Of a stretch of DNA of 64,000 bases, positions 42,019-53,782 are shown piece by piece. The notes under the pieces were generated by a model that worked only from the letters and a program-made list of their open reading frames with translations, made no database searches and had not been told where the DNA came from. The position numbers were made by a program, and so were the translations under genes. Position 1 is the stretch's first letter. Each line of letters opens with the position of its first letter. Source of the DNA: Octopus sinensis (taxonomy: Eukaryota); contig NC_042999.1 of assembly GCF_006345805.1 (NCBI RefSeq), positions 151,652,001 through 151,716,000 of the forward strand. The letters run 5' to 3'.

Positions 42019-43311
42019 CATCCTCATCATCATCATTTAGCGTCCGTTTTCCATGCTAGCATGGGTTGGACGGTTCAACTGGGGTCTGTGAAGCCAGAAG
42101 GCTGCATCAGGCCCAGTCTGATCTGGCAGTGTTTCTACGGCTGGATGCCCTTCCTAACGCCAACCACTCCGTGAGTGTAGTGGGTGCTTTTTACGTGCCA
42201 CCCGCACAGGAGCCAGACAGAGCTGGCAAACGGCCATGAACGGATGGTGCTTTTTACGTGTCACAGGCATGGAGGCCAGTCGGCGCGGCTCTGGCAACGG
42301 CCACGATCGGATGGTTCGCTTACTTGTCACTGGCACTGGTATCACAGCCGCAATTTCCATTGATGTTGATCGACTTCGATTTTGGTTCTGCTTTCTGATA
42401 TCTGATTTGATTTGGTTTGATTTTGATTTTGATTTTGATTTTCACTTGCCTCAACGGGTCTTCACAAGTGGAGTTTTGTGTCCCAAGAAGGAAAGGTATG
42501 TATAAGTCGACTGGCTACATACCAGGTAGAGGCCACGGGTTATGGTCTCACTAGTCTTGCCGGGTCTTCTCATGCACAGCATACTTCCATAGGTCTCGGT
42601 CTCTAGTCATTTCCTTGGTGAGACCTAAAGTGCGAAGGTCATGCTTCACCACCTCGTCCCAGGTTTTCCTGGGTCTACCTCTTCCACAGGTTCCCTCAAC
42701 TGCTAGGGTGTGGCACTTTTGCACACAACTATCTTCAGCCATTCTCGTCACATGACCATACCAGTGCAAACGTCTCTCTTGCACACCACAGCTGATGCTT
42801 CTTAGGTCCAACTTTTCTCTCAAGGTACTTACACTCTGTTGATTATGAACACTGACATTACACATCCATCGGAGCATACTGGCTTCATTTCTTGCGAGCT
42901 TACGCATATCCTCAGCAGTCACGGCCCATGTTTCACTACCATGTAGCATGGCTGTACGTACACATGCATCATACAGTCTGCCTTTTACTCTGAGCGAGAG
43001 GCCTTTTGTCACCAGCAGGGGTAAGAGCTCTCTAAACATTGCCCAGGCTATTCTTACTCTAGTAGTTACACTTTCAGCGCACCCACCCCCGCTACTGACT
43101 TGGTCACCTAGGTAGCGGAAGCTATCAAGTACTTCTAGTTTGTCTCCCTGGAACTTGGTAGAAGTTGGTCTCTGCACATTTCCAGTGTTTATTGCTCCTG
43201 AGCATCTGCCACAAACAAAAACTATTTTCCTAGTTAGCCTTCCTTTGACATTGCTGCACCTCTTATGTGTCCATAGCTTACACTTGGTGCACCTTATAGA
43301 GTTTCTACCTC
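42019..43311 (-). mobile_element. RTE LINE copy 3, 5'-truncated within the PHD finger
   Basis: Open frame 43310 to 42551 (RT C-terminus), 3' UTR and (ATC)n tail. 9-bp TSD TATGGATAT at 42010-42018 and 43312-43320. Confidence 0.95.
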
Positions 43312-43314
43312 TAT

Positions 43315-43398
<84 letters not shown>

Positions 43399-43404
43399 GT
43401 GTAT

Positions 43405-43725
43405 ATGTATATACATATATATATCACCGTGATCACCATGACCGACCAGGCTATCAGATGTTGCTACACATTGCTGGTCACAATGCGCTTTGCAGTTTTT
43501 TAGCCTTCAAATAATGCCACGCTGTGAGAAGGCCAACAGAAGAAAGAGTGAGTGAAAGTTGTAGCGAAAGAGTACAGCAGGGATTGCCAGCACCCGCTGC
43601 CAGAGCCTCGTGGATATTTTGGTGTTTTCGCTCAATAAGCACTCACAATGCCTGGCCTGAGAATCAAAACAACAATCCTACGACTGCGAGTCCGCTGCCC
43701 TAGCCACTAGACCATTGCACCTCCA
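43405..43725 (-). mobile_element. tRNA-derived SINE (family C)
   Basis: Minus-strand head gtggaggtgcaatggtctagtggctagggcagcggactcgcag. A related body lies at 47375-47620. Confidence 0.65.
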
Positions 43726-43735
43726 CACACACACA

Positions 43736-43787
<52 letters not shown>

Positions 43788-43867
43788 AATTATCTCTGCC
43801 TACTGCCTATGCCACACAAGCGGGCCTACCATATGATCATAAGGACCATTTTTATGATACCCTTCTA

Positions 43868-44716
43868 TAGAATTCACAAAAAAAACAAAAGACGATGGCA
43901 GGTGGTGTAGACAACAAACAGATGTATTAGTTTAACACTCGGGAAGGGAAAAAGTCTTTAACATTTCGAGCCTATGCTCTTCCACAGAAAGGAACACAGA
44001 AAGAAACAGGGAGAGAAAATATAGAATGTGTAGTGGCTATCAATCTATCATGACGAATGCCGGACAGAGGGGTCACACAGGAGAGCTAGGAAGAAGGGGA
44101 GATAATAAAGTAGTGGTCATCCCAAAATGAAGGTGCATGTGCATATGTATAAGAGAGCTTGTATGTGTGTGTGGAAGAGGGCTGGTGACCTTATCATGTG
44201 CATGTGTGCATATTTAGGTGTGTGGATGATGGTGTGTGGCTGGGAAGTGGTCAGTACTAGTGTGTGCGTTGTGGTGTTGTGTGGTATGGTGTGGTGGTGT
44301 TGGGATATGGGGGAGGCGAGAGTGGGGAAAGCAAGGGTGGGGTGTGGGTTAGGCTGAGGGTGGGCATTGAGGTGGGGTACGTGGGAGTGAGTGTAAGGGA
44401 TGCGTGGGATTGGATTGTGTAGGGGTGGGGTTCCGAGAGAGGGGTGATGATGAAGGGAGAAGGGGAAGGGAGAAGGTGGGTAGGAGTGAAGAGAAGAAAG
44501 GAGGAGGGTTAGAATAAAGAGAAGTAGGAGTCAGAGCAAGAGGGGAGAGGTGGGTGGGAGGAAGTAGGTGTGAGAGGAGGAGTGTTAGATGAAGAGGGGA
44601 GGAGAGTTGAGCCCATGTGGCACAAAGGAGCGAAGAGAGAAGATTAATCCCTGCTCACAGCGAAGATGGTAGTCCGGATGGCCCCTGTGCAAGGACAATC
44701 TGAATACAGACGGGTT
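43868..44716 (-). mobile_element. Penelope-like element 3' fragment (GIY-YIG C-terminus + UTR + pLTR)
   Basis: Minus strand 44716 to 44585 reads ...LSLHRGHPDYHLRCEQGLIFSLRSFVPHGLNSPPLFI*, matching the R..RE..LI..L....P.GLN end of PLE GIY-YIG domains. Ends in a hammerhead-like pLTR. Confidence 0.8.
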
Positions 44717-45308
44717 ATGCAAAGTACATAATTATGTATATGGTCCATACATACACATACACACACACTCACACACATATACATATAACTTATATGCAAT
44801 GGAAGCAGTATTAAATGAATATAACCATCTATGTATCACACTTAATGTAAATACATCATTGAAAGGCAAATTTACTGCAGCATACATCAGAGATAACACC
44901 TCTTATAAATATGTTGTTTAAAAATGCAGTAGATGTCAGAGGAAGAAGCAAGAATGTCATATGCATTTCAGCATAGTTGAGTCATGACATTTGTTGCTTC
45001 CAATATATATATATATATATTGTTTTTTTAATCACTGCACACCTATAAGAATATCATCTTTGGTTGAATACCACAGTAAGTTTGCCTGTCAATGATATGT
45101 ATTTACATTAAGTATGATACATAGATACACGTATGTATATGTGTATGTGTCTGTATACATATATATATATATATATAAGTAGGTCCTGGGTTGATTCGGG
45201 GTTAACCACAGTAAATAAGGTACTCAATACATAGCAGAGTAAAATTAATTTATTATATAGAAGGAGCTTCTACAGGACTAGAACTGTTTCATTCAAGAGA
45301 AATCTTCA

Positions 45309-45363
45309 GGAGATTTCTGAAGATTTCTCTTGAATGAAACAGTTCTAGTCCTGTAGAAGCTCC
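45309..45363 (+). ncRNA. Type-I hammerhead ribozyme motif
   Basis: GGAGATTT (I) CTGAAGA T-TTC-TCTT-GAA-T (II) GAA ACAG-TTCTAGTC-CTGT (III) A GAAGCTCC (I'). GUA cleavage triplet. Confidence 0.65.
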
Positions 45364-45774
45364 TTCTATATAATAAATATATATATATATATATATATAT
45401 ATTCATACTCACATGTGTGTGTATATGTATTTCTGTGTATTTCTGTATATATTTATCAAATTTATAAGCAAAAATACAACCATATGTTTAATAAACATAT
45501 TTGGAGATCATTGTGAAAATAGAACCTTTGGTTAAACAACATGTATCTCAAGTTTAACTAGAGAGCTCAGCAAGTTTAATCACATGTCTATTTTGACAAC
45601 AAGGGTGAAAATATGTTTATGAAACATATGGTTGTACACTGTCTACAAAATTGATCTCAAATATACCTTGCCACTGTTTGTTTGTATATTTGTATGTATG
45701 TAAGAATGTATGTATGTATTTAAGTATATCTGTCAATCAGTCTGTCTGTGTGTGTGAGTGTGTGTATATATATA

Positions 45775-46060
45775 TGCCAGTGTCACCCTGACTGGCTTCC
45801 GTGCTGGTGGCACGTAAAAAGCACCATCCGATCGTGGCCATTTGCCAGACTTGTCTGGCACCTGTGCAGGTGGCACGTAAAAAGCACCCACTACACTCAC
45901 AGAGTGGTTGGCATTAGGAAGGGCATCCAGCTGTAGAAACACTGCCAGATCAGACTGGGCCTGGTGCAGCCTTCTGGCTTCCCAGACCCCAGTTGCACCG
46001 TCCAACCCATGCCAGCATGGAAAGCGGACGCTAAATGATGATGATGATGATGATGATGAT
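45775..46060 (+). mobile_element. RTE-tail retrocopy (young)
   Basis: Close match to the RTE 3' module with a (GAT)n tail. Confidence 0.9.
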
Positions 46061-46648
46061 AGATAGATAGATATAGTTATGTTATATTCCATTAGAGACG
46101 TGGTAGAGTACAGTATAAAGCTTGTCCACCTAGATCTTATGCAAACAAACAGTTGCATAATCAAATACCTGTATTCTTGGAGAACTACATTGTGAAACAA
46201 TTGTAGCAAATAATAAATAAATGTCCAACCATACTTCTTCTTCTTGACTCCAATTTCTTTCTCCAGTTATATGGTTAAAATTTGCCCCTTTTATAATTAT
46301 ACCATATGTTATGTATATATTATATCATACCTTGATACTGTGTGGACTAAGATCTCTATTGACAGGCGACTGGTATTTATAGTGTGTTAAACACTTTTGG
46401 TTTGCAAATTAGGGACTCCTTCATAGAGTAACTGCTGCATTTGTTGAGTATATAAACAGTTTGATTGCTTGTTTCTCTGGAGACTGTCAGAATGATGTAG
46501 ACACCTCTGATGAGAACCCAATAAGATCCGAAAATCGACTAAAGTTGTTCATAATTTTTTCAGTCTGCAGAGAAATGGCTAAAATTTGCTGTTTATAACT
46601 ATACCATATGTTACACTCACGCACGTACACACACACACACACACACCA

Positions 46649-46688
<40 letters not shown>

Positions 46689-46783
46689 ATATGTATATGT
46701 ATAACAAAGTGAAGTTGCAAGGTACCGCACGAGTGGAAATATATATGAAAGAAGGTTTGAAAATGCAATTTTAAAGATGTTTA

Positions 46784-46831
46784 TTCACTTGACTGGTTTC
46801 ACTTTTTTAGAAAAAGATTGTCAAAAGTAAA
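46784..46831 (-). ncRNA. Minimal hammerhead-like motif (U3-A8 core)
   Basis: TTTACTT (I) TTGACAA T-CTTTTT-CTA-AAAAAG-T (II) GAAA CCAG T C AAGTGAA (I'). Confidence 0.5.
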
Positions 46832-47018
46832 ATGTAAAGCTTTATATAAGCTTTGTTGTGTTAAGTACTGGTTGTCACAAAAGTATTAAAATACATATAT
46901 ACATTCTTTGATAATTATAAGAAAATGTTAAAAACAGTTTACAAGAAATTTCTCAAATATTTTCTTTTAAACTGCTTTTAATAAACATCTTTAAAATTGC
47001 ATTTTCAAACCTTCTTTC

Positions 47019-47049
<31 letters not shown>

Positions 47050-47674
47050 TACATATATGTGTGTGTATATTATATATAAATACAGGATGGCCAAAAGTCA
47101 CCTGACATTAAATCAAAACCACTTAATTCCAAGATTAAAACAAAAAAAAATTTATATGAGACTTTGCTAATAAATGGACAAATGTTGAGTAAAGACGATG
47201 ATTTCAACTTACAGCTTTCAATTATTAAACATTCATAATTGGAATGAATAAATAAAATTGAATATTAAGTATTTATGGAATTTTGATTTACTGTCGGGTG
47301 ATTTTGGGCAACCTTGTATACATATGCAAGTGCACATACTCAGACACAGACATACACATCAATAATCATGTAATTGACCAGATTATCGGATGTTGTTATA
47401 TATTGCTGGTCACTGCTTTACATTGTTTTAGCCTTCAGATGATGACACCCTACTGATCAGAAGGCTAGTACATTTCAGGGTTACTCATTCATAATTGAGT
47501 GAACTAGAGCAATGCGAAATGAAGTGCCTTGGTCAAAGAACACAACGCACCTCCCAGCCCAAGAACTGAATCAATGAGCTGCCCATCATGAGCGCAACAC
47601 CTTAACCTCTGGGCCATGTGCCTACACACTAATGTATATACGTGTATGTGTGTATATACTGATATATATATATG

Positions 47675-47719
<45 letters not shown>

Positions 47720-47777
47720 CATACAGTGCCAGTGTGTGTATATATATGTATATATATATATGTATATATTATATAGC

Positions 47778-48240
47778 TGCAGGTGTGGCTGTGTGGTAAG
47801 AAGCTTGCTTCCCAACCACTGGGTTCAGTCCCACTGTGTGGAACTTTGGGCAAGTGTCTTCTACTATAGCCTTAGGTCAACCAAAGCCTTGTGAGTGGAT
47901 TTGGTAAAGGGAAACTGAAAGAAGCCCGTCATATATATATGTAATCCTTACAAATTTTTTCTCACTCTGGTTGTTTTTTTCTTCCTCTTAATCCTTTCTG
48001 TTGAAGAGCATAAACTTGAAATATCAAAGACTTTTCCATTTTTCCTGAGTGTTAAGCTAATACACCTGCTTGTTGTTCCTATACCTGTCTTTATCTTTTG
48101 TTTTCTGTAAATTTGAGCTATATATAAGCTTTTAAAAAATAAACACTGAAGTCAATATATTCAACTAAAATTTCTTCATGGCGGTGCTCCAGCATGGCCA
48201 TAGTCTGATGACTGAAACAAGTGAGAAAAAAAAGAAAAAG
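47778..48240 (+). mobile_element. Family A SINE interrupted by a PLE pLTR fragment (47945-48122)
   Basis: SINE head 47778-47935, PLE fragment in the central TA run, SINE tail 48180-48240. Confidence 0.7.
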
Positions 48241-48890
48241 ATATAATATACTAACCGGAAGACAGCCCTCTGGGTGGTTTTCTGCTAGTCACTAAATGAT
48301 ATTTACACATTTGGTTATAAATTGGTGTAATTTTTCTGCTATTTGTTTTCAGATCTTCCTTTTTGTCCTTTATTCATCAAATAGTATTTATTCACTCAGT
48401 AAATATTTCTTTCATTGTTTCATTGCAGTTGTAATTTCTCTTCTTTAAACAAACTCAATGATTATCCACCCTCTATATGGTCATTGAATGTGCTAGAAAC
48501 AGCAGTTGTCATATGGGTGTATTCTAAAGTCTGCAGCATATGAAACAGCCATACTAACAAATTCACTTCTGGTTCTTTCTATTTTTATTCAAATTATACC
48601 AGTATCTCATGAGGATTTTATTTTATTAAAAATTACTCAAATTCCAGAAGTGCAGTTTTCTGCTAGTCACCAGATAATATTTAATTTATGCACTTGATTC
48701 CAATTTGTTTAATTTTTTTCTGATATGTTTTATCTGTTTTTTCCTTTGGAACTCTTATTCATCTAATAGCACTCTCTGGTGCAATAAATAACTGTTAAAT
48801 AATAGCAAGTACTCAAATGCAGTGTTAGAATTTTTGAAGAAATCAGGTATGTTGACTCAACATAGCCATATAAAAGTCTTCAGTATATCA

Positions 48891-48922
<32 letters not shown>

Positions 48923-49099
48923 AAGCACCAGCACACACTGTAAAGTGATTGACATTAGGAAAGGCATCCCACTGTAGATACCAAGCCAAGTCAGACTGGA
49001 ACCTGGCACACCTCTCTAGCTTATGATCTCTAGTCAAATTGTCCAAACCATGCCAGCATGGAAAATGGATATTATATATATATGATATAAAGAGCACCT

Positions 49100-49518
49100 T
49101 TGAGTGTTGGGCCTCACAGAGGCAAAGTGGCTGAGTTTCTTTTGAGTGTTGGCCTCAAGGAGGCAAAGTGGCTGAGTTCCTTTTGAGTGTTAGGCCTCAC
49201 AGAGGCAAAGTGGCTGAGTTCCTTCAAGTGATGGGTCTCACAGAGGCAAAGTGGCTGAGTTCCTTCCAAGTGATGGGTCTCACAGAGGCAAAGTGGCTGA
49301 GTTCCTTCCAAGTGATGGGTCTCACAGAGGCAAAGTGACTGAGTTCCTTTCAAGTGATGGGTCTCACAGAGGCAAAGTGGCTGAGTTCCTTTTGAGTGTT
49401 GAACCTCACAGAGGCAAAGTGGCTGAGTTCCTTTTGAGTGTTAGGCCTCACAGAGGCAAAGTGGCTGAGTTCCTTTTGAGTGTTGAACCTCACAGAGGCA
49501 AAGTGGCTGAGTTCCTTT
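49100..49518 (+). repeat. 42-bp minisatellite, about 10 copies, at the 5' side of an RTE-tail element (element extends to about 49805)
   Basis: GAGGCAAAGTG recurs at about 42-bp spacing; the ORF track shows a 14-aa repeat (AEFLPSDGSHRGKV). Confidence 0.92.
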
Positions 49519-50785
49519 CAGGCATGGTTCTGATGGAGGCAATGACTGAGATCTTTGGCATTATGTTGTGCTTGAGAAGAAGACCCATGAAGCTGAGCAA
49601 AATCCCGGTGACACCCAAATGACACCCATGCTGGTGGCACGTAAAAGCACCCATTACAGTCTCAGAGTGGGCATCCAGCTATAGAAAACCATTTCAAATT
49701 ATACTGGAGTCTGGTGCAGCCTTCCAGCTTACCAGCCCTGGTCAAACCGTCCAGCCCATGCCAGCATGGACAATGGACGTTAAATGATGGTGATGATGAT
49801 GATGGGCTTCTTTCAGTCTCTGTCTACCAAAATATACTCACAAGGCTTTGGTCGGCCCAGGGATATAGTAAAAGATACTACTTGCTCAAGGTGCCAGGCA
49901 GTGGGAGTGAACATGGGACCATGTGGTTGGAAAGCAAACTACTTAGCCTCACAATTATTATGCCTGTACATCTATGTAAAGAAGAAACGAATGGCTTTTG
50001 TGTCGGGACATGTATGAATATTTTGTGAAATTCAGCATGCCATCTTTGATCTGTCTTCTTTTTCGTTGAACCAAAACATTTATGGTTAATTTCATTCAGA
50101 GAGAGAGAGAAAGGGGGAAATAGAGAGAGAGAAAGAGAGAAATTGAGAGAGAGGATGGAGGTCATTGCTCATGTAAAGGAATGGACGAATGTATTAAAAG
50201 TATTAAAACAGGAATATAAAATATTTCCTGTGACAAGTGAAAAATTATCCTTTGGGAGACAAGTAACGAGGATATTCAATGTGAAACTAATCTGGCATCT
50301 TAATCTGCTGCGTCCCCCTCCCCTCCTAATCAATCTTCTCAATGAAACTATAAAGCCTTTTTACATTTCTAACATTTGAATTTTGCCGTCTCTTTTCGTT
50401 CTCTTCCTAGCTAGTTCTCCCTTTTGACCGGCTTGTTGCACACGCACATGTGTGTGTGTGTGTGTGTCCATCCCTCTTTTCCATTCTCAGTTATACTTTC
50501 TACATTACTTCCTTCTCTCCTCCTTCCCATATCCTTTCATCTTCTTCTTCTTCCTTTTCTTCAACTTCTTTTACTTCTTACTATAATTACTGTTGTTGTT
50601 GTTGTTATCATCATCATCCACTCGTCCTCCCCTTCCTCTTCCTCCTCCTCCTCTCCCCTTCCTCTTCCGCCTCCACTTCTTCCTCTTCCCCTTACTTCCC
50701 CTTCCACCTCCCCTTCCCCTTTTCCTCTTCCTCCTCTCCCTCTTCAAGATTTTCTTTCCATTGGTCTCCCTCTCATTCTCTATCG

Positions 50786-50828
<43 letters not shown>

Positions 50829-51054
50829 ACCCCCTCTCTCAGTGCCATCCTGTTTCCAATCAATTGCTCCCTATGCTGACTAATCAGGTTCTCTTGTGCT
50901 GGTTACCCTGGCACAAGGGGGTGGGTTAGCTCATTTACAACCATAATGCACACACATACATAAACACATACAAAAACCCAGAAATACAAATGCATGCACA
51001 CTGACATATGTACAGACATTACATACATACATACACACATACATATATACATAC

Positions 51055-51129
<75 letters not shown>

Positions 51130-51897
51130 TTATAAACGTGTATGTATATATACACACACACATGCATGCATACAAATGATAATTTGTAAATACATACTTG
51201 AAGATGCAAGCACATGCATGTACATTTAGATACTATTAATATAGTATTTATTTATGATTTATGATTCAGTCCTTATAAAAACCCTGAGTGATTCCTAAAG
51301 TCCTATATGATTAGATCTTGTATTCTCTAGTTTGGAGAGGAAGCTTAGCATTTATCTACTGCGCTGGCATTTGGGAAAGGAAGTTTACCATTTATCTATG
51401 GCATATATCTTGGATTGATGGATGTGTGTGTCACATATATGAGTGACTGTATATACATCTTTATGTGCTTGTGTATGTATGTGTGTGCACGTTTATGTAT
51501 ATGTGTGTGTGCATGCATTTATATATATGTGTATGTATGTATTTATGTATGTATGTATGTATGTGGTTGTGTGTGTGTCTGTCTGTTTCTGAGTAAGTGT
51601 GTATGTGAGGGTGTACAATTATATTCACGAATCAATAATTCTGTCTATACATGTGTGTATGTGTATGTATGTGCACATGTTTCGGCACTCATGTGTATGT
51701 GTGTAATTAAGGGTTATAATGTGAGTGTGTATTTATTTCATCGATTTCCTTATTTTAGTGATTATTTAGTACAAAATTACATATAAGTATATGTATTCAT
51801 TCATGGGCGTTTTTTCAGTGAGTAATCTAAATGCAGGTATATTTTTTAAAAAAATATATCTACCACTATCTCTTTATGTATGAATGTATGCCTTCCA

Positions 51898-51899
<2 letters not shown>

Positions 51900-51936
<37 letters not shown>

Positions 51937-51966
51937 ATATATTTACATACATACATCATACATATG

Positions 51967-52002
<36 letters not shown>

Positions 52003-52145
52003 TTATATATATATATATATATATACACACAATATATTTACATACATACATCATACATATGTATATATATATATAATATATATATATATATTATATATAT
52101 ATATATATACACACAATATATTTACATACATACATCATACATATG

Positions 52146-52234
<89 letters not shown>

Positions 52235-52400
52235 CTTACACACATATACTTACAATATATTTACATGCATACATACATAGATACATACATATATATGTGT
52301 GGGTATATGTGTGTATAAATATACACACATGCATACAATCTATATGCATACATATATGTATATGTATATGTACATACATGCATACATATATTTATATATG
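51900..52400. repeat. (TA)n tract with three copies of acacaatatatttacatacatacatcatacat
   Basis: Read directly from the sequence. Confidence 0.9.
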
Positions 52401-53189
52401 CACTCACAAACTGATGAAAGATAAACAAATGGCATCATACTCCATTGGAAACGCTATTGAAAATAAATAGCAAAACTACATGAAAAGGAAATTAAACCTG
52501 TCTTTTTTAGCTTATCCTTATCATTGTCTTGAATAGGTGCTGGCATGGATGTTTGGTAAGAGGTTTGCTTCCCAACCACATGGTTTTGGGTTCAATCTCA
52601 GTGTGTTACATTGGGCAAGTGTCTTCTACTATAGCCTCAAGCCAGCCAAAGCCTTGTGAGTGGATTTGGGAGAAAAAAACTAACAAAATCCTATCATGTG
52701 TACACATGTATATGTATGTGTGTATATATATATTCTTTTATGTGTTTCAGCTGAGTGGCTGTGGTCATGCTGGAGCACCACCATGAATATATATATGTAT
52801 GTATGTATGTGTGTGTGTATGTATATGTGTGTGTGTGTGCGTGCGCATGTGTATGTGTGTGTGTGTGTGTGTGTGTGCGTGCGTGTGTGTGTGTGTGTGT
52901 GTTATTTTCTCTTTACCTTTTGCCTTGATATTTTGAGGTAGTTGTAAGTGATTGCCAACATCATGCAAGCGGTGTCCGTTGTTTCCAACCTTCTGAGAAA
53001 ACATGTCTGCTTTTGGGGAAATATTGCCTTATTTGGAAACAGATGAGGTTAAGTGACAAGAAGAGCATCTGGTCATAGAAAATTGGCCTCAACAAATTCC
53101 GTCTGACTCATGTGAGCATAGAATGCCATTGTTGCTTGCTGATTGTATATATATGTTTATTTATAAATGGGCATTAAATGGTGAATGAT

Positions 53190-53782
53190 ATCATCATCAT
53201 TTAACATCCGCTTTCCATGCTGGCATGGGTTGGACGGTTCAACTGGGGTCTGGGAAGCCAGAAGGCTGCACCAGGCCCAATCTGATGTGGCAGTGTTTCT
53301 ACAGCTGGATGCCCTTCCTAACGCCAACCACTCTGTGAGTGTAGTGGGTGCTTTTTACTTGCCAGACGAGGCTGGCAAATGGCTACGATCGGATGGTGCT
53401 TTTTACGTGCCACCGGCAAGGAGACCAGACGAAGCTGGCAATGGCCACGGTCGGATGGTGCTTTTTATGTGCCACCAGCATGGAGGCCAGTTGGGCGGCG
53501 CTGGCTACGGCCACATTCGGATGGCTCTCTTACATGTCACCGGCACTGGTATCACAGCTACAAATTCCATTGATGTTGATAGATTACGATTTTGATTTTC
53601 ACTTGCCTCAACAGGTCTTCACAAGTGGAGTTTTGTGTACCAAGAAGGAAAGGAATGCATAAGTGGACTGGCTACATCCCAGGTGTAGGCCACGGAATTA
53701 TGGCCTCACTTGTCCTGCTGGGTCTTCTCACGCACAGCATACTTCCATAGGTCTCGGTCTCTAGTCATTTCCTCGGTGAGAT
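53190..53782 (-). mobile_element. RTE retrocopy (end of ORF + full 3' UTR)
   Basis: Reverse complement of ctcaccgaggaaatgactagagaccgagacc... through the 3' module and tail. Confidence 0.9.

Noticed and set aside
48204-48220. CTGATGACTGAAAC in a SINE tail as a hammerhead
   Set aside because: There is no room for stem II, and other copies read caaatgactgaaac.
49100-49518. 42-bp repeat array as a CRISPR array
   Set aside because: Units are contiguous with only two recurring variants and no unique spacers. There are no cas genes and the context is eukaryotic.
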